Shown here piece after piece: positions 8,098-16,185 of a stretch of 37,530 nucleotides of DNA. The DNA is from a virus (taxonomy: Duplodnaviria > Caudoviricetes): positions 1 to 37,530 of the IMG/VR virus record IMGVR_UViG_3300033562_001394, one strand, 5' to 3'. Each line of letters starts with the position of its first letter. Position 1 is the first letter of the stretch. Both the position numbers and the translations under genes were made by a program. The notes below the pieces were generated by a model. The model was not told the DNA's origin. It searched no databases and was given only the letters and a program-made list of their open reading frames with translations.

Positions 8098-8421
8098 ATG
8101 CCAAGAGAAAAGAGCAACACCCTTTCAAAAGCCGATATTGCCGCTGCGCTTTCTGTGATTCACGACAGCACACTCACGAAAGTCAAAGCAGCAGAGATCA
8201 TGGATACCATTTCTGAAGTGATTTTAAAGGCATTAGAAGAAGGTAAAACGGTGGATTGGTATCGGATGTTCAATCTCACGCCAGAATGGAAACTCGCCCA
8301 CAAAGGTCGCCATCCTAAAACGGGTGAAGAAATTGAGGTTGCTGCGAAATGGATGGTTTCTGCAAGACTTTCTCAAACCGTGAAAGATGCCGTGAAACAA
8401 TTACCACCACCCACCCTTTAA
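8098..8421 (+). CDS. HU/IHF-like DNA-binding protein
   Basis: SKADIAAAL...ALEEGKTV...GRHPKTGEEIEVAAK...LSQTVKDAV. Confidence 0.88.
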   Translation: MPREKSNTLSKADIAAALSVIHDSTLTKVKAAEIMDTISEVILKALEEGKTVDWYRMFNLTPEWKLAHKGRHPKTGEEIEVAAKWMVSARLSQTVKDAVKQLPPPTL

Positions 8422-8503
8422 AAGCGAAACGGGGTTTCTTTGTGAAATCCCGTCTTTCTAAAGTCGCGTTTAGAAACTGATGAGCAGCGAATGGAGAATA
8501 AAG

Positions 8504-8713
8504 ATGTTAGAAGTAGAGGTTTTAGTAACGAAAGTTAATGGGAAGTTAAACGCGAAATATTTGCCTGAATATCCATTATCAGGAAAGCCTTGCAAGGTTT
8601 CAATAGTATATAGTCCAAAAGAGCTTGGTAATGATTTAGAAGCTCAACAATTTGGAGAATGGAGTGCTGGTATTATTGATTATTTAGGAAATAAACCATG
8701 CAAGCGAAACTAA
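8504..8713 (+). CDS. Hypothetical protein
   Basis: GGAG RBS; lies within the operon. Confidence 0.5.
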   Translation: MLEVEVLVTKVNGKLNAKYLPEYPLSGKPCKVSIVYSPKELGNDLEAQQFGEWSAGIIDYLGNKPCKRN

Positions 8714-9105
8714 TTAAAACGATTTCAACGGCGAAGTCAAAGCTAGGAATTGACGAGGATGATTGGCGTAATCAAATCCTGCCCCGATTTGGTGCGAAAG
8801 AAATCAACGGACGGGTGAGTTTAAAATCGCTTTCTATTGTGCAAATGGAAGCACTTTTAGAGGAATTAAGAAGTAAAGGTTTTGAGAAACCCGTTGGCAC
8901 AAAACCCTTTGACCAGCTCGCCTATATTAGATTGCTGTGGAAAGAATTGTACGAGTTGGGGATTGTGAGAAACCCAAGTGAGAAAGCCATCATTGCATGG
9001 GCAAAGCATTATTTTGAAGGATTGGATTGTCTTGAATGGTTGAACGTTAAGCAAAAAATCAAACTCATTCAAGCCCTTAAAGATTGGAAAAAACGAGGAA
9101 AATAG
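8698..9105 (+). CDS. gemA: GemA (Mu gp16-like, DUF1018) protein
   Basis: IKTISTAKSKLGIDEDDWR...SLKSLS...GF...IRLLWKEL...LIQALKDW. Confidence 0.88.
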   Translation: MQAKLIKTISTAKSKLGIDEDDWRNQILPRFGAKEINGRVSLKSLSIVQMEALLEELRSKGFEKPVGTKPFDQLAYIRLLWKELYELGIVRNPSEKAIIAWAKHYFEGLDCLEWLNVKQKIKLIQALKDWKKRGK

Positions 9106-9107
9106 CG

Positions 9108-9551
9108 ATGTTAAAGAAATCAAAAGCCGTTGCAGAGTATGCCCGCGCTCAAACAAAAACGATTATAGTTCTTAGACGACGGGGTTTCAAATTTAGAGAA
9201 ATTCAGGAGGCTTTGGTATATCCGTCTCAAAATCTTATTGCAAAGATTTATTATAGAAATGAACTCCTTGAGATAAGTGAAAGCGAGGAGATTGAAATTA
9301 TTCAACGATTTGCTTTTCTATTGGAAGAAAAGGAATTAGAGGAACAATCAAAGGAAACCGTAAAGGAACAATTTGAGAAATGGATAGATGAAAAGCTGGT
9401 TTCTAAATACGCTGCAAAAGGTGAATATGATTGGTTGCCCGTTTTCTTTATTAAAAACCACTATGTCACCCATTCAACTGCTAAACGAATTTACCTTCAA
9501 CTTCAAGCCTTAAAAAGGAAACAAACCGATGAAACACCCAGCTACCATTAA
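9108..9551 (+). CDS. Hypothetical protein
   Basis: Tightly packed ORF after gemA. Confidence 0.55.
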   Translation: MLKKSKAVAEYARAQTKTIIVLRRRGFKFREIQEALVYPSQNLIAKIYYRNELLEISESEEIEIIQRFAFLLEEKELEEQSKETVKEQFEKWIDEKLVSKYAAKGEYDWLPVFFIKNHYVTHSTAKRIYLQLQALKRKQTDETPSYH

Positions 9552-9738
9552 AACCCTGACGTGGGTATTTGAACTCGCAGGAAGAAAGAAGAAATTCATC
9601 TATGCACACGTCCAAAAAATAGGTAAAAGATACCACGCCAAAATAGTCGGTCGTGAAACTCCGCCGATTGTTGGATTTACCGAGCAATCCATTGAGCAAC
9701 AACTCCGTCAAATCATTGAAACGCCAACGGTGAAATAA
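9529..9738 (+). CDS. Hypothetical protein
   Basis: Packed ORF in the operon. Confidence 0.55.
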   Translation: MKHPATIKTLTWVFELAGRKKKFIYAHVQKIGKRYHAKIVGRETPPIVGFTEQSIEQQLRQIIETPTVK

Positions 9739-10200
9739 ATGAGTAATAGCGTAGAGGAAATACATTGTCCGATCTGTGGGTCAAGGATTACATTGGACGC
9801 GGTGTTGGCGAAAAACACCGAAGCAAGTTATTGGAAAACGATATTTGAACTTCCAAGAAACGTGCAAAATGAAATTCATGGTTATGTGACGTTATTTCGT
9901 CCAGAGAAAAGCAGACTTTCGTCATCGCGGGCATTGAGGATTTTGAAAGAAACGCTTGGTTTGTGCGACGACTTGGAACGGCTGGGGAGCGCGTGTGCCA
10001 AAACCGTCGACCAAATCCATGCGAAAAGAAAAGACGGTGAGAAGTATAGCGCATTTTCCAATCATGCGTATCTTGAAAAAGTCCTTTCTTCAACGCCGTC
10101 GACGGTGGAAAGAAACGTGCCAAAAGTCATTCAACAACAACCCGTTAAAACGTCAAAGCAAAGTCAAGGGCTTACCGCATTGGAAAGGTTGAAGAGATGA
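9739..10200 (+). CDS. Conserved Mu-like phage protein with N-terminal CxxC
   Basis: CPICG...YVTLFRPEKSRLS...NHAYLEKV motif familiar from Mu-like prophages. Confidence 0.65.
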   Translation: MSNSVEEIHCPICGSRITLDAVLAKNTEASYWKTIFELPRNVQNEIHGYVTLFRPEKSRLSSSRALRILKETLGLCDDLERLGSACAKTVDQIHAKRKDGEKYSAFSNHAYLEKVLSSTPSTVERNVPKVIQQQPVKTSKQSQGLTALERLKR

Positions 10201-10907
10201 ACGATCATATCCCCGATTGGTTTTATAATCAAATCAATGATTTATTTCAGAATATGTATATGATTGGATTGCCCAATACGCCACCCGCAGAAAACCTTGA
10301 TAAAACATTTCAAGTGTGGGTGAATATTTTGTGGGGTGATCAAAGCAAACGGGTGTGGAAAATAGAGGATTTAGCACGTTTCACCGCGTCGTTTCGGTTT
10401 GTAATGGAGAAAGCCGAGCGTTTCCCAACGCCAGCGGAGATTCTCAAAAACCTGCCCGAACGTAATTCACCGCTTTTGAAATCAACAGAAGAACGATTAG
10501 CCTTGCCTGCGCCCGTTTCAAAATTGACCGATGAGCAAAGAGAACTTGAACGTCAGAAATTGAGAAACGCGGTCGTAGCATTCACGGAGAAAATGGACAT
10601 GGAAAAGCATTTGGCAAAGAAAGCCCGCGAACGCAAACAACTTGACGCGGCATTGAAGGCTGATTTTGAAGGGCTTTTGGAGGCGACTAAACAGGATTTA
10701 ACTCGGCTTGAAATGACCTTTGAAAGTTGTCCATCGCCTTGTCCGCATACCGCGTCGACCTGTGTTTTTTATCATGAATTGATGCGGGTGGTATCAGAAA
10801 TGCAAGCGTGGGAAGTGCCGTACAGTGCGTTGACTTCGCCGCCCATTGATGCCGTACCTTCCGATCCCCAACCAACCAAGAAACGCCGTAAAAAGGCTAC
10901 CGTTTAA
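10197..10907 (+). CDS. Conserved Mu-like phage protein
   Basis: LPNTPPAE...RF...ERFPTPAEILKNLP motif; ATGA overlap with the previous gene. Confidence 0.65.
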   Translation: MNDHIPDWFYNQINDLFQNMYMIGLPNTPPAENLDKTFQVWVNILWGDQSKRVWKIEDLARFTASFRFVMEKAERFPTPAEILKNLPERNSPLLKSTEERLALPAPVSKLTDEQRELERQKLRNAVVAFTEKMDMEKHLAKKARERKQLDAALKADFEGLLEATKQDLTRLEMTFESCPSPCPHTASTCVFYHELMRVVSEMQAWEVPYSALTSPPIDAVPSDPQPTKKRRKKATV

Positions 10908-10911
10908 ACTG

Positions 10912-10933
10912 ACCCGCTTCGGCGGGTTTTTTT
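10912..10933. terminator. Intrinsic terminator between convergent operons
   Basis: ACCCGC-TTCG-GCGGGT followed by a T run. Confidence 0.85.
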
Positions 10934-10936
10934 ATG

Positions 10937-11722
10937 TCACCACGACGGATGATGGGGGAGGACGGTGCAACCACAATTCACGACTTCACCAATCGGGGCG
11001 ATCGGGTCTTTGGGAAAGCGCATGGGGATTCCTCCAATACTAAAAGATTCATTCACGCTCACGATCTGACCGTCAGCGGCAGCGTGTGAAGGGCGCGGCA
11101 TGGCTTTTCCCGAACCCTTCCATTTCTTTTGCATATCGGGAATGAATTCATTGGCATCTTCAAGACGGGTTTGGGTTGCCGATGAAAAGGCGCGCCCCGT
11201 TTCGGTGCGGGTGATCATGAGTGCACGGTTCATGCCAATGTTGGCAATGCCGTCGATGGCTTTCGCCGCTTCAAAAGGATTCTTCACGCCCGTCATCACA
11301 AACGACAGCTCGGTGTTCATGCGCGGGAGTAATTCAGTGGCGATGTCTTTGATTTTCCCTGTAGTGAACGCGGACATTTTCTCTAATTGGCTGACGTTCA
11401 AGACGGGCATCATTCCTTTCGCCATTGTCCCCGTCACAAGTAAGGGTTGCTCGACCAGTTGCCCGCCCAATTCATAAGCATCTTTGAGTTGTGAACCTGT
11501 CGCCATTGCCGCTTGATTGCTTGCATCTTTGAGAAGTTGTTTTAATTCGCGCTTGACTTTTTCCAAATGCCATGTTTCAAACTCGCTCGGTGAATTAGCT
11601 AACACCCGATTGATTTCTTCCATCGACTGTTTCAAATACCCGATCACCCGTTGATCCGTGACCTTTTGAACGCGGCGAAATTCCTGTTGAATCTCCCGCA
11701 TCACCCCGTTAGGCGACGGCAT
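10937..11722 (-). CDS. Head morphogenesis protein (MuF / SPP1 gp7 family)
   Basis: RALMITRTETGRA...KKW...RPSHAAADGQ...F...MRFPKDP...VNCGC. Confidence 0.9.
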   Translation of the reverse strand: MPSPNGVMREIQQEFRRVQKVTDQRVIGYLKQSMEEINRVLANSPSEFETWHLEKVKRELKQLLKDASNQAAMATGSQLKDAYELGGQLVEQPLLVTGTMAKGMMPVLNVSQLEKMSAFTTGKIKDIATELLPRMNTELSFVMTGVKNPFEAAKAIDGIANIGMNRALMITRTETGRAFSSATQTRLEDANEFIPDMQKKWKGSGKAMPRPSHAAADGQIVSVNESFSIGGIPMRFPKDPIAPIGEVVNCGCTVLPHHPSW

Positions 11723-13121
11723 CGTCCGTCACCGCGGGTTGTTCAGAATAGAGGTCGTTTTGGGCTTGGGCAAGCATCGCGTTTTGGGCTTTTTCGATCT
11801 CGATAGCCGCATCAATATCCACACCCATTTGTGAGGAAATGGTATTGAGAATTTCAATTGCCGTTTCGGGTGAAATGAGATTTTGCTGTAAATTCATTAC
11901 GATCCCAGCGGTTAATTGTTGGAACGCCGCTGCATATCGACTGTTATCTTTGGGATTCATTTCAGGGAAAATCGCATGGATTTCAGGTGTTTGTTGATTT
12001 GGCATACCCATTGCTATGAAATACTGACGTGCGACGTAATTGAGGATTTCTTCAACCATTTGCTTTAATTCACGTTGCCGCATCGAAAAGATTTTGTAAG
12101 TCGGATCATCCATTGCTTCAGCGGTCGATCGATTGGCATCGCCGCCTCCCCCAATCCAATGCTCTGGAATGGTATTTCCTGCGAGAATGTGGTTTCTGAA
12201 AAGCCGTGCTGCTGCTGCGGATTCATACGCTCCCATCGACGGAGCTTCGGCTTTCCATTCTTCGTTTTCGTTGTGGAATCGGACGCTTGCCGGCTTTGGC
12301 GCGGTTGTTGCCTTGGCGCGGGCGGTGATTTCTTCTTGGGTTGCACCCGTGACTTTCACATCCCACATAAAAGTACGGGAAATATTCGCCCGTTCGACCT
12401 CGCCAAACATGAAGGTTTCGTAGAGATCGAGCCAATCGAAACTCGCTGCCAAGTCCGAACGACCGCGTTTTGATCCGATTAAGTTATTGATTGCGAAAAA
12501 AAAGCATTCGCCGTCGGTGGCGAGTTGGCGTAAATATTGATCCCGTTCTGAAAACAAGGTTTCGTCAGATTGCGAATAAATAATTTTGAGTTGAAAACAT
12601 TTTCCCGCTTGATTTTGGGTGGTTTTTATGATAACGGGCGATCGTCCGTCATCACTCATGATCACCTCTTCGATATGAACCGCTGGAATGTACCCGATTC
12701 GAACCGTTCCCGTGTACGGCGACACGAACATCGGTAAGCACACTTCGCCATAAATCCCTAATTCCCGTATGAATTGAATGAGAAACTTATCCATTTGATT
12801 CGTCGGGAAATGCCAAAAGTCATTGACTTTCTGATCGATCAATGATTGCAAATCGGGATCATCGGATGCCACTCTCCACGACACCCCGCCGCCTAATAAA
12901 TGCGCGACTTTCAACTCGATCATGCGGTTGGCGATCATGTTGTATCCCCACAAATACACCGCCATGTCTTGCATTCGACGCTGATCGTAGGGCATCAGAT
13001 CGCGGTTTTTGTCACCGCTTAATGGAGTCCAGCCAATATCCTCATTTGCGAAGGTGGTTTGCCCCGCCGCTTCACGCACTGAAAACCATTTTTTAACTGT
13101 GGAAATGATTGTTTTTAGCAT
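11709..13121 (-). CDS. Portal protein
   Basis: 470 aa between TerL and MuF; IYGEVCL, RGRSDL and IPEHWIG motifs. Confidence 0.8.
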   Translation of the reverse strand: MLKTIISTVKKWFSVREAAGQTTFANEDIGWTPLSGDKNRDLMPYDQRRMQDMAVYLWGYNMIANRMIELKVAHLLGGGVSWRVASDDPDLQSLIDQKVNDFWHFPTNQMDKFLIQFIRELGIYGEVCLPMFVSPYTGTVRIGYIPAVHIEEVIMSDDGRSPVIIKTTQNQAGKCFQLKIIYSQSDETLFSERDQYLRQLATDGECFFFAINNLIGSKRGRSDLAASFDWLDLYETFMFGEVERANISRTFMWDVKVTGATQEEITARAKATTAPKPASVRFHNENEEWKAEAPSMGAYESAAAARLFRNHILAGNTIPEHWIGGGGDANRSTAEAMDDPTYKIFSMRQRELKQMVEEILNYVARQYFIAMGMPNQQTPEIHAIFPEMNPKDNSRYAAAFQQLTAGIVMNLQQNLISPETAIEILNTISSQMGVDIDAAIEIEKAQNAMLAQAQNDLYSEQPAVTDDAVA

Positions 13122-13124
13122 CGT

Positions 13125-14510
13125 TTAAGTCCTTATTAGGTGGCGTTTAATTCCGCCCCAAAAACTAGGACGTTCGATGATCGGCGCGGGGTCGATATAC
13201 GCACCCGCAGATTTGACGGGCGAGTGGGTTATCAACCATGTGATCGACCACACTAGTGCGTCCATGCGGTCAGGTGAACTTACGTCGATGGTTGGGTCCC
13301 ATGAGCACATCTCATCTTCGAGGTCGTTGAACGTGCCAACGTGGTGGACTTTCCCTTGTTCGTAGAGCATTGAGATGGGTTCAGCGCGGGTAGTTTTTCC
13401 AACCGACGCACGCACGCCCGCAAAAGGAACGCCGTCGCCACCATTCGCCCGCAGCATCGATTCAATGAGATCGCCGCCTTGATTGGTTTCGCCGACCACC
13501 ACGTTGGCATAGAATTTGTGGTATGCCGTAATAATCTCGGCTGCCCATTCGTGAGGCTTGCCTTTCATGGAGTTATCGGCGAGCACATAGTAGTGCCCGT
13601 CCTTCCCACGACCCACCACCACGATGCCCGTTTGGTTTGATTTTTCGTTGGCGGTGACTGCGGGATCAACGCCGACCACGATGTGCGTGAGTTCGGGTGC
13701 TTTCGTGACGCGAAGCTCATCGATAAGCCCACGATTCCATAGGGCATTTGGATTGTCATCAAGGATTTCTCCATAGAGTTCTTGTCGACCTAAGCGCGTC
13801 CCCTCGTATTTTGCAACGATCTTTTCAATAAAGTTACCCGCAAGGTTTTCATGGTTATCATAAGTCGATCCCCGCGTGACAATCACCCGATCATCGGCGA
13901 CAAGGCTTTTGATTATTTTGGTGGGACGTGGGGTCGTTGTCACCATGAATTGCGGGTGAATGCCTAAGCGCAATCCAAACATCGCGTTGTCGAAGGATTC
14001 TTCGGCATACGTCCAAGCCGCTAACTCATCCATCCATAAAAGACAATGCTGTGGACCGCGTAACAAATCGGGTTCTTCGGCGGTAAAAACCATGCCAACT
14101 GCGCCGTTGGGGAATTCAATTTTGCGTTCGCCGCGCTTATAAACTGGACGATCTTTGCGGGAATAACAGGACAACAAACCGCTTTCGCCGTCGACCATGA
14201 CTCCGCGCACGTCAGATGTGGTACGCCCCACTAATGAAACGCGGGGATAATTGCCAGTAGCAACCATGTTTTTAATCCACTCTGCACCCGTCCGTGTTTT
14301 GCCAAAACCCCGACCCGCTAAAATCAACCAACCATCCCATTCACCTTCGGGTGGCAACTGATTATCGCGTGCCCAAAACTCCCACGAAAAGAGCATTTCT
14401 TCGGCTTCTGCATTGGTTAGATTTGCAATAAACTCAAGTTTTTGACTTTTCGAGAATTGCTGCCAACTTTTCCGTAAGTCGTTGTTTGGCTTCATTGTTA
14501 GTTTGTCCAT
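13125..14510 (-). CDS. Terminase large subunit
   Basis: Walker A LAGRGFGKT, Walker B LWMDE, TTTP motif, nuclease VGVDP and SPDRMDA. Confidence 0.95.
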   Translation of the reverse strand: MDKLTMKPNNDLRKSWQQFSKSQKLEFIANLTNAEAEEMLFSWEFWARDNQLPPEGEWDGWLILAGRGFGKTRTGAEWIKNMVATGNYPRVSLVGRTTSDVRGVMVDGESGLLSCYSRKDRPVYKRGERKIEFPNGAVGMVFTAEEPDLLRGPQHCLLWMDELAAWTYAEESFDNAMFGLRLGIHPQFMVTTTPRPTKIIKSLVADDRVIVTRGSTYDNHENLAGNFIEKIVAKYEGTRLGRQELYGEILDDNPNALWNRGLIDELRVTKAPELTHIVVGVDPAVTANEKSNQTGIVVVGRGKDGHYYVLADNSMKGKPHEWAAEIITAYHKFYANVVVGETNQGGDLIESMLRANGGDGVPFAGVRASVGKTTRAEPISMLYEQGKVHHVGTFNDLEDEMCSWDPTIDVSSPDRMDALVWSITWLITHSPVKSAGAYIDPAPIIERPSFWGGIKRHLIRT

Positions 14511-14979
14511 CTTTGAGGGCAGCGGATTCTTGTTTCATGGTGCGGCGTTCAGGCGCGACGAAGCGTTGGGCTTTAGCGTTTGATGATTGGGCATTTGTAA
14601 TCTTAAAAAGCAGATTCATGCGGGCGAGCGGATCAAGCTGTTCAATATCCTCTTTGGTGATCTCAAGCCAGCCAATCATTTCGTTAAATCTTGCATCAAG
14701 AATCAGGTTATTGAACGCCGCCGTATCATGGATTTTATCGCCCACCTCAGTTAGAAAGGCTTCTGCAATCTCGGCGGCGTGTTTTGCTCGCGTTGCGTCA
14801 TCTTTCATGGATTTAGAGATTCTCCCAGTGGTCGTGCGTGATCGTTCATAGTCAGGTTCGAGGCGTTTGATCTCCGAGTGCAAGCCGTCAATGTCAGAAA
14901 AACCATTATTTTCCTGACGTTGGCGAATTCGTTTCAAAGTCTTCTTTGAAAATTTAGTGTCTGCACGCGGTTTTGGCAT
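14434..14979 (-). CDS. Putative terminase small subunit (Mu gp27/DUF3486-like)
   Basis: Directly upstream of TerL; SRTTTGR HTH-like segment. Confidence 0.6.
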   Translation of the reverse strand: MPKPRADTKFSKKTLKRIRQRQENNGFSDIDGLHSEIKRLEPDYERSRTTTGRISKSMKDDATRAKHAAEIAEAFLTEVGDKIHDTAAFNNLILDARFNEMIGWLEITKEDIEQLDPLARMNLLFKITNAQSSNAKAQRFVAPERRTMKQESAALKDGQTNNEAKQRLTEKLAAILEKSKT

Positions 14980-14985
14980 GATTTT

Positions 14986-15204
14986 TTACATCTTGCAATC
15001 GTTGGTTTTTGCGCAGTCAACTCGCGCTCGCATCGAGTCGAGCTTGTGATCGTTAATTTCCCTTTTGATTGAGTTGATTTCTGCGCGAAGTTCTGCTATT
15101 TGCTCTTTCATGTCGATGTACATTGAGCGTACCATCGGGAAAATAATGCCCATGATAATTGCCGCACTAATTGAAAGGATAGTGGGGATCATTTCAGCCG
15201 TCAT
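14986..15204 (-). CDS. Small membrane-anchored coiled-coil protein of the lysis/packaging region
   Basis: MTAEMIPTILSISAAIIMGIIFP hydrophobic helix followed by coiled coil; ATGA coupling. Confidence 0.6.
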   Translation of the reverse strand: MTAEMIPTILSISAAIIMGIIFPMVRSMYIDMKEQIAELRAEINSIKREINDHKLDSMRARVDCAKTNDCKM

Positions 15205-15326
15205 TTTTTGGTTTCTATTTGGGAGGTAAGGGCTTTGGCGATACCGTTTAGAGCCATTCCAACATTCATCACAAATAACCCTGCTAAAAGCGAGAGTAAA
15301 ATGGCAAGTTTGGTGGCTGGTTTCAT
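15201..15326 (-). CDS. 41-aa hydrophobic peptide (MKPATKLAILLSLLAGLFVMNVG...)
   Basis: Not in the ORF track; ATGA-coupled to both neighbours. Confidence 0.55.
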   Translation of the reverse strand: MKPATKLAILLSLLAGLFVMNVGMALNGIAKALTSQIETKK

Positions 15327-15514
15327 TTTGAGAAATCCACTTTATCGGGAATGGAAATGCCAAATGTCCCCGCAATCGTAATGGCTGCGCTCGTGATAAG
15401 GCTTGCTGTTTCAGTGGAAAATGCAAAGCCAAAAAGCCCGCCAATAAATAGCACTGCACCACGCCAAGTCGAGGGTTCTTTGAGACGTTCTGAGATGTAT
15501 TCTGGGTTAATCAT
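15323..15514 (-). CDS. Putative holin
   Basis: RLKEPSTWRG motif and two hydrophobic segments; first gene of the leftward late operon. Confidence 0.65.
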   Translation of the reverse strand: MINPEYISERLKEPSTWRGAVLFIGGLFGFAFSTETASLITSAAITIAGTFGISIPDKVDFSK

Positions 15515-15545
15515 ACGCTGAAATCCTTGATATTTAAATGATTCC

Positions 15546-15597
15546 AGTGTATGAGAAGGGACAGGGGAAAGGCTAGGGGAAGGGCTTCATTTTTTTA
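15546..15597 (-). promoter_or_regulatory. Leftward late promoter (candidate Mor/C-dependent)
   Basis: TAAAAAAATGAAGCCCTTC (15597-15579), 27 nt, then TACACT. Confidence 0.65.
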
Positions 15598-15886
15598 TGA
15601 TGCTGCGAATTTGGCGTACCGTGAGGTGGTATTTGTGGGCAAGTTCACGGGCGTTTGAACCATTGAATTCAGCGGCTATTGCTTGGTTTCGATAGTGTGT
15701 GGAGAGCGCGGTCGCTTTGGGGACATAGAATTGATCGCCGCCGTATTGTTGAGTGATGCGTAGGGTGATTTGATCGGCATGGTGAACCGCTTGAATCGGA
15801 TCGTTAATGAGCACCATGAGGGTGTTTGCAATGATTTCATTGATCCCGCCAAGTCCTTCGCCCCATTTTTCAGATGCTAATCCCAT
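15587..15886 (-). CDS. mor: Mor/C-family transcription activator
   Basis: YGGDQFYVPK...RNQAIAAEFNGSNARELAHKYHLTVRQIRSII. Confidence 0.92.
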   Translation of the reverse strand: MGLASEKWGEGLGGINEIIANTLMVLINDPIQAVHHADQITLRITQQYGGDQFYVPKATALSTHYRNQAIAAEFNGSNARELAHKYHLTVRQIRSIIKK

Positions 15887-16101
15887 TTCAAACTCCTAAT
15901 CTATTGTTTTCAAGTGTTATTTTAACACAAAACCATCCCAAAAAAGCAAGCCTTTTCAAATCCCTTTTCCTTTCCTTGAAATCCGAACTCAAAATCAACT
16001 TAAAACCCCTCTTAAAAGCCCTTAAAACACGATTTAAGTGGCTTAACGTTTTCTGGACTTGTCATTTTGCGTTGTGGTTTTTGAACGCCTTAAAACGGCA
16101 T

Positions 16102-16153
16102 TAAAAAAATGAAGCCCTTCACCTGACGTTTATGTGGTTTTGATTCTTAAAAT
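16102..16153 (+). promoter_or_regulatory. Rightward late promoter (candidate Mor/C-dependent)
   Basis: TAAAAAAATGAAGCCCTTC (16102-16120), 27 nt, then TAAAAT. Confidence 0.65.
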
Positions 16154-16185
16154 GTGCCAATCCCATTTTTCAGGAACAGAATCTC

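Noticed and set aside
14986-15462. 158-aa ORF as given in the track
   Set aside because: Better explained as three coupled small genes; only 14986-15204 of this frame looks coding
15874-16104. 76-aa ORF in the mor-capsid gap
   Set aside because: Low-complexity Leu/Lys translation of phased A-tracts in a regulatory region
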